From positions 9,470 to 73,469 of the forward strand of contig MIBE01000005.1 of NCBI GenBank assembly GCA_001829415.1: DNA of 64,000 bases, in the 5' to 3' direction. Positions 24,446-33,444 of this stretch are shown in pieces; position 1 is the first letter of the stretch; each line of letters starts with the position of its first letter. A program made the position numbers and the translations under genes. Under the pieces are notes generated by a model, which saw only the letters and a list, made by a program, of their open reading frames with translations, ran no database searches and was not told where the DNA came from. This DNA is from Spirochaetes bacterium GWF1_51_8. GTDB taxonomy: Bacteria; Spirochaetota; Brevinematia; Brevinematales; GWF1-51-8.

Positions 24446-26824
24446 ATGAAAAAGCTATTCTCCGTTTTCCTCATGTTATTCATCCTCGGATTCACCGCGC
24501 TCTGCCAGCAGGCGACTGTTAAGCCGGGCACATTCGGCGAGATGGGAAAGCTATTATCGTATGATTACAACTATGGAAAGCTTGTCCTAAACTATGATAA
24601 CATCTCCGCGGTCATCGAGATTCTCGATGGTCCCGCGGTAAAGGTTACCGCCGCCTATGGATCATCCCTGCCGTACCACTATTCCTACTCGGTAGTATCG
24701 GAAAAGCCGCTTTCCGGTGCGGAAAAGCTGCTTTTCATATCGAACGGGATGTATGTGATCCGATGGAACGATTACGAAGTTCGTGTTCCCGAAAAAGGAA
24801 CTTTCGGCGTGACCGTCCTGCAGAAAGGAAAAAAAATATTTAAGGGTTCGATTGTCGAGGACGAGGAGGAGGAGAAGCTCTATCTCGTCAGTCCGGTCGA
24901 AAAAGAACGCTACTTCGGTCTCGGCGAAAAAACCGGCGCATTCGAACTGACCCACCGCAGTTTCACGATGTACAACTCGGACACCTATAAGTACCACACT
25001 TCGACCGATCCGGTCTATGTCTCCATCCCGTTCTATCTCGCGATGGGCGACGGGTACTCCTACGGCGTCTTCGTGGATAACCCCGCGAAGAGCGAGTTCT
25101 GCTTCCTGAAGGGCGACGAGTACTATTCGGCGGTCTACGACGACCGGATCGATTTCTACATCTTCCCCGGCGAGCCGAAGACCGTGATCGGGAACTACAC
25201 CTCGCTCACCGGAAAGCCCAACCTTCCGCCGCTCTGGGGCTTCGGCTTCCACCAGTGCCGTTACAGCTATATGAGCCAGCAGGACGTGATGACGGTCGCG
25301 GACAGCTTCAAGAAGTTCGGCCTGCCTATCGACGTCCTCTATCTCGATATCGACTTCATGAGCAACAATATGGCATTCACCTACAACCCCAAGTCGTTCC
25401 CCGACCCGAAGGGAATGGCCGACGCGCTCGACAAGCAGGGTATCCGGCTCGTGGCGATAGTCGACCCGGGGATCAAGAACGATAAGAAGTACCCCGTGTA
25501 CACTTCCGGAACTAACGCCCAGATATTCGTGAAGATCACCAATAAGAGCAAGACCGCCGCGTCGCCGTGGAAGACCTATACCGGAAGCGTCTGGCCGGGA
25601 GTCTGCGCCTTTCCCGACTTCACCAACCCCGCCTCGTTCGCATGGTGGCAGAACCAGCACCCGGCGCTGCTGAAACTCGGGATCGACGGCTTCTGGAACG
25701 ATATGAACGAGCCGAGCGTGTTCAATGTCCCCGGCGGAACGATGGCGCCCGAGGCTATCCAGAACAACCACGGCACCCCGACCGAACACAAGTACCTTCA
25801 CAATATCTACGGCCTTACGATGATCTCCGCGACCTTCGAGGCGGTCAAGAACCTCCTGCCGAATAAGCGCATCTTCATCCTGACACGCGCGGCATACTCC
25901 GGCGCACAGCGTTACGCCTTCGTCTGGACCGGCGACAACTCCGCCGATTGGTCGCATCTCGGGATGAATCTCAGCATGTCGATGAACCTCGGCCTCTCGG
26001 GGATACCGTTCAACGGCGCGGATATCGGCGGGTACACGGGCAGCCCGAACGAGGAACTGTTCACACGCTGGATTCAGCTCGGGACGTTCATGCCGTTCAT
26101 GCGCGACCACACCGAGAAGAACACCCTCCCGCAGGAGCCGTACGTTTTCACGAAAAACCTGCCCATCATCAAGAAATACATGACGATCCGTTATACGCTC
26201 ATGCCGTACCTCTACACGATGGCTTATGAGGCAAGTGTGAGCGGCGTCCCGGTAGTCCGTCCGCTCTTCCTCGAGTTCGGCGATAAGTACCTCGATGTCG
26301 ATAAGGAGTTCCTGTTCGGCGACAGCATCCTCGTCGTCCCGGCGCTCGACCCGTTATCGAAGTCCAAGACGCTGAACGCCGTCCTCCCGGGTGAGGCATG
26401 GTACGACTACCATACCGGAAAGACCGTGAAGGGCGACCAGAAGATCACCGCCGTGATCGACGACATCCCCGTCTTCGTGAAGGGCGGGACTATCCTGCCG
26501 ACCTATGCGTTCGAGTACAAGAGCACGATGGAGCTCGACAAGACACGCGACGTCACGCTGACTGTCTATCCCGACTCTGCGGGTAACGCAGCGGGCCGCC
26601 TGTTCGAGGACGACTTCGTCAGCTTCGACTACCAGAAGGGAATGTACCTCTATTCCAAGTTCAGTTATACTTCGAAAGGGAACACTGCGGAAATGACTTC
26701 CGCCGCCGAGGGGAAAATGGTCCTCAAACGGAAGCTGATCGTCGTCCTGCCGAAGGACATCACAGCGCTCACCTTTAACGGAAAACCCGTCGCGGTAAAG
26801 GACGGCAAGGCGGTGATCGAGTAG
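24446..26824 (+). CDS. Secreted glycoside hydrolase family 31 (alpha-glucosidase/alpha-xylosidase-like)
   Basis: Signal peptide MKKLFSVFLMLFILG. LPPLWGFGFHQCRYSY, DGFWNDMNEPS (nucleophile region), WTGDN and GADIGG. Confidence 0.9.
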   Translation: MKKLFSVFLMLFILGFTALCQQATVKPGTFGEMGKLLSYDYNYGKLVLNYDNISAVIEILDGPAVKVTAAYGSSLPYHYSYSVVSEKPLSGAEKLLFISNGMYVIRWNDYEVRVPEKGTFGVTVLQKGKKIFKGSIVEDEEEEKLYLVSPVEKERYFGLGEKTGAFELTHRSFTMYNSDTYKYHTSTDPVYVSIPFYLAMGDGYSYGVFVDNPAKSEFCFLKGDEYYSAVYDDRIDFYIFPGEPKTVIGNYTSLTGKPNLPPLWGFGFHQCRYSYMSQQDVMTVADSFKKFGLPIDVLYLDIDFMSNNMAFTYNPKSFPDPKGMADALDKQGIRLVAIVDPGIKNDKKYPVYTSGTNAQIFVKITNKSKTAASPWKTYTGSVWPGVCAFPDFTNPASFAWWQNQHPALLKLGIDGFWNDMNEPSVFNVPGGTMAPEAIQNNHGTPTEHKYLHNIYGLTMISATFEAVKNLLPNKRIFILTRAAYSGAQRYAFVWTGDNSADWSHLGMNLSMSMNLGLSGIPFNGADIGGYTGSPNEELFTRWIQLGTFMPFMRDHTEKNTLPQEPYVFTKNLPIIKKYMTIRYTLMPYLYTMAYEASVSGVPVVRPLFLEFGDKYLDVDKEFLFGDSILVVPALDPLSKSKTLNAVLPGEAWYDYHTGKTVKGDQKITAVIDDIPVFVKGGTILPTYAFEYKSTMELDKTRDVTLTVYPDSAGNAAGRLFEDDFVSFDYQKGMYLYSKFSYTSKGNTAEMTSAAEGKMVLKRKLIVVLPKDITALTFNGKPVAVKDGKAVIE

Positions 26825-26865
26825 AGTTTTAGTATTACGGTAAATCAATAAATCAGGAGGCGGCA

Positions 26866-29241
26866 ATGAAAAAAGGATTCATGGCATTACTGATCCTCGC
26901 GGCGCTACTCGTCTGCGGGGTGTCGACTGGGTATACAAAGACTTACCAGGTTTCCGGCGGCTTGACCGGATTCGTTTTTACCAATAACACGCTGCGGGTG
27001 AACTACACGAATATGTATTTCGAGTTCTCCATTTCGTCGAACGGCATCGTACATCTCTACGGGCAGTCGGCGAAAGACCAGTTACCCCATCCCTCCTACG
27101 CCGTGACGTCTCCGGTGAAACCCGCGAAGGTCTTCCTCAAGAATGACGCGGCTTCCTTTACACTGGAATCGGGTAAGACCGCGGTCAAGATCGACAAGAA
27201 GGACCTTCGTTTCACCGTGACCTACGCCGGGAAACAGGTTTTCTCTTCGAGAGTCGTCTATCTCAAGATCGGGAAAACCGATTCATTCAACTTCGATTTC
27301 GATTACAACAACGAGAAGTTCTTCGGCGCGGGCGGGCAGTCCACTATGCTCAACCTGAACGGGTCGACGATCATGAACTACAACGCCGACAGGTACCCGT
27401 ACTATTCGTCATTCCCGACCTATATCGCGATGCACCCCGAGTACAGTTGCGGTGTCTTCCTCGATATGCCGTCGGTGGGCGCGTTCTCGTTCAACGACAC
27501 CAACAAGGGCAAGAATCACATCCTCAAGGACTTCAAGGACGCGTCGTTCGCCACCTGTTTCGGTGCGAACGGCAACTATACCGAGCTCTACATCATGCCG
27601 GGAAGCCCTGCCGAAGTGCTCGACAAGCTGACCTCGATCACCGGAAGGCCCTACCTTCCGCCGCTCTGGGCGTTCGGCTTCCACCAGTGCCGTTATTCCT
27701 ACATGAGCGAAACATCGATCAACTCGGTCGTGAAAAATTTCGAGGCAAACGATATCCCGATCGAGTCCATCTGGCTCGATATCGACTATATGGAAGAGTA
27801 CAAGACGTTCACCGTGAACTCCGGGACGTTCCCCGACATTAAAAAAATGACCGCCGGGCTGATGGAAAAAGGGATCAAGACCGTGACCATCATCGATCCG
27901 GGTGTAAAGGTCGAGGACGGATACTGGGTCTGCGAGAGCGGTAAGGACTTCGACGTCTTCATGTATGATAAGACCGGCGAGGATTACTTTATCGGGAAAG
28001 TGTGGCCGGGAATGTGCTATTTCCCCGATTTCACCTATCCCCTAACCCGGGCTTGGTGGGGCAATCTCTATAAGATCATGAAGGATTGGGGCGTCTCCGG
28101 GCAATGGATCGATATGAACGAACCGAGCGTCTTTCAGTCCGAAGTCAGCGGATGGGGAATGGACGCAGGCGCGATGATGGATTGGGAAGGCAATGTCGCC
28201 GATTACGACGCATTGCACAATATATACGGCCTCACCATGGCGATGGCCACCTCGGCCGGTATCTACAGCGCCGATCCGTCGAACCGCGTATTCCTGCTGA
28301 CACGTTCAGCCTATCCCGGAATCCAGCGTTACGCGTTCATGTGGACGGGCGACAACGTATCCCGTTGGCCGGATATCCTTCATGTCGTCCCGATGATCCT
28401 GAACCTCGGACTCTCGGGCATGCCCTACTCCGGCTCGGATATCGGAGGCTTCTCGGCGAGTACCACGGCCGAGCTTTTCACACGCTGGATGCAGCTCGGC
28501 GCGTTTATGCCCTTTATGCGGAACCATTCGGCTAAGGGTTCGATGATGCAGGAACCTTACGTCAAGGCATTCAAGAACTACCACCCGATTATCTGGAAAT
28601 ACATCCGCCTGCGCTATCAGCTTCTGCCCTATCTCTATACACAGGTCTATCACGCCACATTGACCGGTACGCCGATCATGCGCCCGCTCTTTTTCGACTA
28701 CGGCTACGACTACTGCGATGCCGACGAAGTGTTCCTGTTCGGCAAGAATATGCTGGTCTGCCCGGTGCTCAGTTCGAATACCGCATCGGTGCAGGTCGCT
28801 CTTCCCGGCGGGGAATGGATCGACTTCTGGAGCGGGAAGCGTTACGCCGCCGGGAAGTATACTCTCCCGGTCACTATGGAGAACATCCCGGTATTTGTCC
28901 GGGCGGGCGCGATCCTGCCGACCTATGAGTTCAAGATGAAGAATACCGCCGATCTCGCCAAACTTCGTGACGTCACGCTGACGGTCTATCCCGACTCTTC
29001 GGGGTACGCGTTCGGCGCGGTCTACGAGGACGACGGCTCGAGCTGGAGCTTCATGCACGGCGGCTACCGCCTCACGGCGGTGACATGCAATATCGACGGG
29101 GATAAGGCGGCGGTGACGATCAAGACCGACGGCGGCTACGATCCCGGCCGGAAACTGATATTCGTATTTCCGGCGCAAGTCAAGTCCGCTGTAGTGAACG
29201 GCGCGCTCCTAAGTGTGACCGGCGGGAAGCTGGAGTACTAG
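26866..29241 (+). CDS. Secreted glycoside hydrolase family 31, tandem paralogue
   Basis: Signal peptide. LPPLWAFGFHQCRYSY, GQWIDMNEPS, WTGDN and GSDIGGF. RBS caggagg. Confidence 0.9.
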   Translation: MKKGFMALLILAALLVCGVSTGYTKTYQVSGGLTGFVFTNNTLRVNYTNMYFEFSISSNGIVHLYGQSAKDQLPHPSYAVTSPVKPAKVFLKNDAASFTLESGKTAVKIDKKDLRFTVTYAGKQVFSSRVVYLKIGKTDSFNFDFDYNNEKFFGAGGQSTMLNLNGSTIMNYNADRYPYYSSFPTYIAMHPEYSCGVFLDMPSVGAFSFNDTNKGKNHILKDFKDASFATCFGANGNYTELYIMPGSPAEVLDKLTSITGRPYLPPLWAFGFHQCRYSYMSETSINSVVKNFEANDIPIESIWLDIDYMEEYKTFTVNSGTFPDIKKMTAGLMEKGIKTVTIIDPGVKVEDGYWVCESGKDFDVFMYDKTGEDYFIGKVWPGMCYFPDFTYPLTRAWWGNLYKIMKDWGVSGQWIDMNEPSVFQSEVSGWGMDAGAMMDWEGNVADYDALHNIYGLTMAMATSAGIYSADPSNRVFLLTRSAYPGIQRYAFMWTGDNVSRWPDILHVVPMILNLGLSGMPYSGSDIGGFSASTTAELFTRWMQLGAFMPFMRNHSAKGSMMQEPYVKAFKNYHPIIWKYIRLRYQLLPYLYTQVYHATLTGTPIMRPLFFDYGYDYCDADEVFLFGKNMLVCPVLSSNTASVQVALPGGEWIDFWSGKRYAAGKYTLPVTMENIPVFVRAGAILPTYEFKMKNTADLAKLRDVTLTVYPDSSGYAFGAVYEDDGSSWSFMHGGYRLTAVTCNIDGDKAAVTIKTDGGYDPGRKLIFVFPAQVKSAVVNGALLSVTGGKLEY

Positions 29242-29263
29242 ATTAACGAAATCATCCTCAACG

Positions 29264-29292
29264 AAAAGGAGCGGTTTTTTCCCGCTCCTTTT
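29264..29292. terminator. Bidirectional intrinsic terminator between convergent genes
   Basis: The stem aaaggagcgg / ccgctccttt has T-runs on both strands. Confidence 0.65.
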
Positions 29293-29309
29293 CTATAACA
29301 GCCCGGCTA

Positions 29310-30077
29310 TTAGAATTTTCCGTTCTTATTTGCCCATTTTTCAGCGGGCGGAATTTCCTCGATGACGTCCCAATGCTCGACAATTTTATTATTCTTTAGC
29401 CTGAATAAGTCATAGTAGGCGACGGGTTTTCCGGCGAAAGTTCCCTCGCTTACTGTGAGAACGAAGTTTCCCTCGCCAAAAACCATGCGTATTTTAATTA
29501 GCACCATATGGATACCCTGTTTCGCCATCGCCTCAACCGCTTTAATCAACCCGGAAATCCCATCGCCGATATTCGGATTATGCTGGATGTATTTCTCACC
29601 GTCAATATAATGAGCGAGTTTGTCGAATTGCCCGCCTATCAGTACGGTTTTCAGGAAATCGCCGGCGATTTGTTTATTCGTGTGTGTCATATCGAGATCG
29701 GTAATCTCTGTTTCCCCGTCAAACTGGGTGTGTCCGCTCGGATTCGGAGTTTTGGCCTTTTCAGCGAGATTATCCCAGTGCTCGACAATTTTACCATTCT
29801 CAAATCTGAAAACATCAAATCCCGCCTTTGGCCCGAAGAAATCGTAATCCGTCTGAGTAAACACATAGTCGCCGTCGGAAAAAGCCCGGACCACCTTCGC
29901 TTTCACACTGCCATGAGGTAATTTGTGAAGAAGTTCGCCGAAACCCTGTAGACCGTCCCCTGCCATCAGGTTGTGCTGGATATACTTTTCGGGATTGATA
30001 TACCCGATTGCCGTCTTGTCGCCCGTTTCGAGACTGGTGATCAACGCTACGACCTTCTCTTTGTTCGTCATTTCCAT
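29310..30077 (-). CDS. Tandem SnoaL-like / NTF2-fold domain protein
   Basis: Two repeats of the motif series YIQHN.(M/N).GDG ... FR..NGKIVEHWD. Moderately AT-rich. Confidence 0.7.
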   Translation of the reverse strand: MEMTNKEKVVALITSLETGDKTAIGYINPEKYIQHNLMAGDGLQGFGELLHKLPHGSVKAKVVRAFSDGDYVFTQTDYDFFGPKAGFDVFRFENGKIVEHWDNLAEKAKTPNPSGHTQFDGETEITDLDMTHTNKQIAGDFLKTVLIGGQFDKLAHYIDGEKYIQHNPNIGDGISGLIKAVEAMAKQGIHMVLIKIRMVFGEGNFVLTVSEGTFAGKPVAYYDLFRLKNNKIVEHWDVIEEIPPAEKWANKNGKF

Positions 30078-30102
30078 TCTATCCTCCTTGGAAAGTTTAT
30101 AT

Positions 30103-30120
30103 TAGTTCTATATAGAACTA
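30103..30120. promoter_or_regulatory. 18-bp perfect palindrome TAGTTCTATATAGAACTA (putative MarR operator 1)
   Basis: Lies 26 nt upstream of the SnoaL-like gene start. Identical to 30567-30584. Confidence 0.6.
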
Positions 30121-30134
30121 TTAGATAAAATTTT

Positions 30135-30557
30135 TTAAAGGTTTTTATACATTTTTTCTAATAATTCCATCAGCTTTTCCTGATCGGCCTCTGAAAACCC
30201 GGTATAAATCAGCGAGTACACGTTCGTAGAAATCTCCTCAAAATCCTTCTGAAAGAGGCGGCCCTTTTCTGTTAGGGTGATATAAAAAAACCGTCCGTCC
30301 TCCGGGCTTGGTGTTTTTTCGACATAATCAAATTCGATCAGTTTCTCCACTAAAACAGTCAGTGTATTCTTTCGCTTATCGATTTTTCCCGCCAGTTCTT
30401 TCATGCTTAATCTCTGGTAACGATAGAGATTGACCAGGATTTCCCCATGTGAAACGACTAATCCCCTGATCCCACGTTTCTCAAGTTCCTGCGTAATATA
30501 CTCGTTCGCCTTCGAATGAATCCTGCCGATTAATGCAAGCACTGCTTTTTTATCCAT
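30135..30557 (-). CDS. MarR-family transcriptional regulator
   Basis: 140-aa winged HTH: LSMKELAGKIDKRKNTLTVLVEKLIEFDYVEK..SPEDGRFFYITLTEKG. Confidence 0.85.
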   Translation of the reverse strand: MDKKAVLALIGRIHSKANEYITQELEKRGIRGLVVSHGEILVNLYRYQRLSMKELAGKIDKRKNTLTVLVEKLIEFDYVEKTPSPEDGRFFYITLTEKGRLFQKDFEEISTNVYSLIYTGFSEADQEKLMELLEKMYKNL

Positions 30558-30566
30558 ACACTATTA

Positions 30567-30584
30567 TAGTTCTATATAGAACTA
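30567..30584. promoter_or_regulatory. 18-bp perfect palindrome TAGTTCTATATAGAACTA (putative MarR operator 2)
   Basis: Lies 10 nt upstream of the marR-like start codon. Identical to 30103-30120. Confidence 0.6.
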
Positions 30585-30742
30585 TAGTCAAGGTATTCGC
30601 GAAATATTTTTTTCATTTTTGCGAGGATCCACAGAATAAGGGGCATGTCCCTTTTCATACGGTCTTATAATAGAATAAGGGGCGCCCATCGAGGACGCCC
30701 CTTCATTCTGTATGATTTGGAGGCATTGGCTATTTTCGATTT

Positions 30743-30943
30743 TTAGCCGAGGGGATTCATGTGCATAGGACGGGGCCGGGAAGTCTTCCGGTGCATCCGG
30801 TACTGGAATATCCGGCAATCCTTATTCAATAAGAAAAGCTCCGAGTCGCAGAAAACCTTTTTCATCAAGCCCACTTCGTTCGTCGAGAGTTTGGCGCTCT
30901 GGTTCAAACGGTAGAAACTACAGTTTTCTTTTAAGGGGCACAT
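30743..30943 (-). CDS. Small Cys-rich protein (C-x5-C ... C-x10-C)
   Basis: 66 aa, MCPLKENCSFY...VFCDSELFLLNKDCRIF. Strong RBS (gaggagga, 5-6 nt before the ATG). A GC-rich hairpin (aggggcg/cgcccct, 30678-30702) lies downstream on the minus strand. Confidence 0.5.
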   Translation of the reverse strand: MCPLKENCSFYRLNQSAKLSTNEVGLMKKVFCDSELFLLNKDCRIFQYRMHRKTSRPRPMHMNPLG

Positions 30944-31099
30944 CTTTATCCTCCTCGTGACATGTTACACCTATATAGAGCATAAAGCGTGCCAACCCCC
31001 ATTCCAGCCGTTCCGGAGAGACGCCCCGTTTTACAGCGGCGCGCATAAAAATCCGCCCATTTCGGGCGTATTTTGGGGCTTTTTTCATCTTTTTCAAAA

Positions 31100-31146
31100 A
31101 AGGGGAGAGATAAAAGAACGGGGTGTGCTTTTTTGGATACACCCCG
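31100..31146 (-). terminator. Putative intrinsic terminator after the OMP gene
   Basis: The minus strand has the stem ggggtgt...acacccc followed by T-rich sequence. Confidence 0.45.
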
Positions 31147-31197
31147 GTGATTACTTTCGGAACAATCCGCTTATTTCCGCCCGAAAATGATGCGGTT

Positions 31198-32688
31198 TCA
31201 GAACGCGTACTCGAACGACGTATAGACGAGGTCGTAGCTTTTCATCTTCCCTATCGTGCATTCCGCGCCGCCATCGAAGAGCATGACCCCGAGGGTGAAT
31301 GTCAGGTCGAGCGACGGGGCATAGGACGCGGCAAGCTGGAGCACTTCTCCGCTATGCGAGGCGAAATACGCCCCGAAGTCCGGCGCGCCGAACGCGTCGC
31401 CCCACGTATTGACATTGAGTATGCCCGTCACCATCAGCTTCAGTTTGTCGCTGAAGAGCGTCTTCTCGCCGTGCACGATCAGGAAGTCCGACAGGCGTTC
31501 CATCCCGCTCACCCCGCGTTCGGTAAAATACCCGTGCGCGAACTGAAGGTTCAAGTACCATCCGCCCTCGAAATGGCAGTCTCCGCCGAGAGTGTACTTG
31601 ACATACGCCTGGTTCGAGATATAGGGCTGTTCCTGCACCACCGTGACATTGCTGGAAATGGGCGGGAATATCACGCTCACCGCCGTATCGACTACCGCCG
31701 TCGTGACCGCTACCCCGGGGAAGAACACCCCGACTTCGAGCCACGTCACGAAAAACCCGTTGTTCCACGTGAAGTCCAGCCCGACCTCGGTCTCATGGTA
31801 ATAAGCGAGTTCGTAGGACTTACTGATCAGCGTCAGGTTCGTGTCCCCGCCGAACAAATCGATCTCCGCTCCCATATTCGCCTCGAGCTTTCTCACAAAC
31901 GGCAGATCGTTCATCCTGCTGACTATGTTCGCAGAGAGATCGATCATCCCGAGGCTGAGGGTATAGCGCAGTCCGAACGAACTTCCCAGAAGAGACGGGA
32001 TAGGCGTTTCAACAATCGGATCGAGCCATCCCGATGAAAGGTTCGTAAACGACGTGCCCTGATTCGTGATCTGCCCCAGAAGCTGGCCTTCCAGCTCGCT
32101 CTCGATTGTGTCGATCAGCAGTTTGTTGATCCTCGCGACCGGGCTGTACGGCTGGTAGACGAACTGGATGCTCGACTGGTACTCAATGATATAGAAGTAA
32201 TAGATCATATTGAGCGAGAGCGACGGCGACTTTTTCCCGAAACTCAGGAAGTCCGACAGGTCGCCAGCGTTCATGAGGTCGGTCGGGTTGAACATATCCG
32301 CCGCGCCCCAGTTGATCCTCTGCTTCCCGACAGTCAGGTCGATACCCTCGGTAATGAAATTGTTGTAGGTGAAGTAGACTTCCTCGACTAATATCTCGAC
32401 CGGCATCATCGTGCTCGACCATGCCAGTTCCTGCGGGGTCAGGATATTGTTCAACGTATCCTTGCCGACCGGATTGCCGATATACCTCACCCCAAGCTGG
32501 AATAGCGCATACAGGTTGTCGTTGATCTGCTGGTCGAACTTCAGGTAGCCGTTGATCTCGTTAAACAGGAAGTCGCCGTTAGTCAAGGACAGCCTTAGCT
32601 CGGTCTTGAATTTCCCGAGGATATCGATACCCCACCCCGGCGCGAACACCAAGAGGAGCATCGAGATCGCGAGGATTCTCCGCATCAT
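31198..32688 (-). CDS. Predicted outer-membrane beta-barrel protein
   Basis: Signal peptide MMRRILAISMLLLVFA. Alternating amphipathic strands and a C-terminal ...YTSFEYAF with terminal Phe. Last gene of the exporter operon. Confidence 0.7.
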   Translation of the reverse strand: MMRRILAISMLLLVFAPGWGIDILGKFKTELRLSLTNGDFLFNEINGYLKFDQQINDNLYALFQLGVRYIGNPVGKDTLNNILTPQELAWSSTMMPVEILVEEVYFTYNNFITEGIDLTVGKQRINWGAADMFNPTDLMNAGDLSDFLSFGKKSPSLSLNMIYYFYIIEYQSSIQFVYQPYSPVARINKLLIDTIESELEGQLLGQITNQGTSFTNLSSGWLDPIVETPIPSLLGSSFGLRYTLSLGMIDLSANIVSRMNDLPFVRKLEANMGAEIDLFGGDTNLTLISKSYELAYYHETEVGLDFTWNNGFFVTWLEVGVFFPGVAVTTAVVDTAVSVIFPPISSNVTVVQEQPYISNQAYVKYTLGGDCHFEGGWYLNLQFAHGYFTERGVSGMERLSDFLIVHGEKTLFSDKLKLMVTGILNVNTWGDAFGAPDFGAYFASHSGEVLQLAASYAPSLDLTFTLGVMLFDGGAECTIGKMKSYDLVYTSFEYAF

Positions 32689-32697
32689 ATTATCCTT

Positions 32698-33444
32698 TTA
32701 TTCCTTTTTCTTCAGGTACTGCTGGGTGAATATGCCCTTGTCCTTCAGTCCCTGGTCGAACTTGATGTCCTTGATCTCCATATCGGTGTAATGGTTCTTC
32801 GACTTGTCGGTGACTTTGATCTTCACGGGCGTGGTGTACTTCCCGATCACCTTCACATCGAGTATCTCGAGCACCTTGATTAATGTCGCGCCCTTGTAGA
32901 ACTCGACCTTAGTCGGGATGAAGTTCTCCTTGCTGACATCCATCGTCACCTTGTCGTATATCTTCTCCGAGCCGGGTTTGCGCGTCATCACGAGGGAATA
33001 CATTTTGTCATCCTCCTTGATGATCTCGGCGGCGTAGTCCTTTTCGTACTCATAACTGCCGATCTCGTCATAGGAGAAGTCCGTCCCCTGGAAACTGTCG
33101 TTCTTGAACGAGCCTTGGATCATCTTGATCTTCTTGGTCTCGGGCAGATAGACCCATATCTGGTCTTCGCCGGTCACGAGAAGCGAGATACCGTTGACAC
33201 TCGCGGGCTTGGTGAACTTCACGACACGCATATCCTTTCCGGCGAGGTACATCTTCATCTCACGGATTTCCTTACCGCTACCGTCGAGATTCGCGAGCAC
33301 CATCGTGTTCAGCGATTCGACGTCCTGCGGCCCGGTCATCGCGTTCTCCACCTTATCGAGCACTTCCTGCCCGGTCAGGGCAAACCCGCCGGACACCCCA
33401 ATTGCTAACAGAACGGCTGCAAATAAGCATTTTACGCTTGTCAT
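32698..33444 (-). CDS. LolA-like outer-membrane lipoprotein-sorting protein
   Basis: Signal peptide. LTGQEVLDKV......M.......G..R.M..Y......K.....F..P....G...L and the later DFSYDE segment are typical of the LolA-like family that pairs with RND/MMPL exporters. ATGA overlap with the upstream MMPL gene. Confidence 0.7.
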   Translation of the reverse strand: MTSVKCLFAAVLLAIGVSGGFALTGQEVLDKVENAMTGPQDVESLNTMVLANLDGSGKEIREMKMYLAGKDMRVVKFTKPASVNGISLLVTGEDQIWVYLPETKKIKMIQGSFKNDSFQGTDFSYDEIGSYEYEKDYAAEIIKEDDKMYSLVMTRKPGSEKIYDKVTMDVSKENFIPTKVEFYKGATLIKVLEILDVKVIGKYTTPVKIKVTDKSKNHYTDMEIKDIKFDQGLKDKGIFTQQYLKKKE

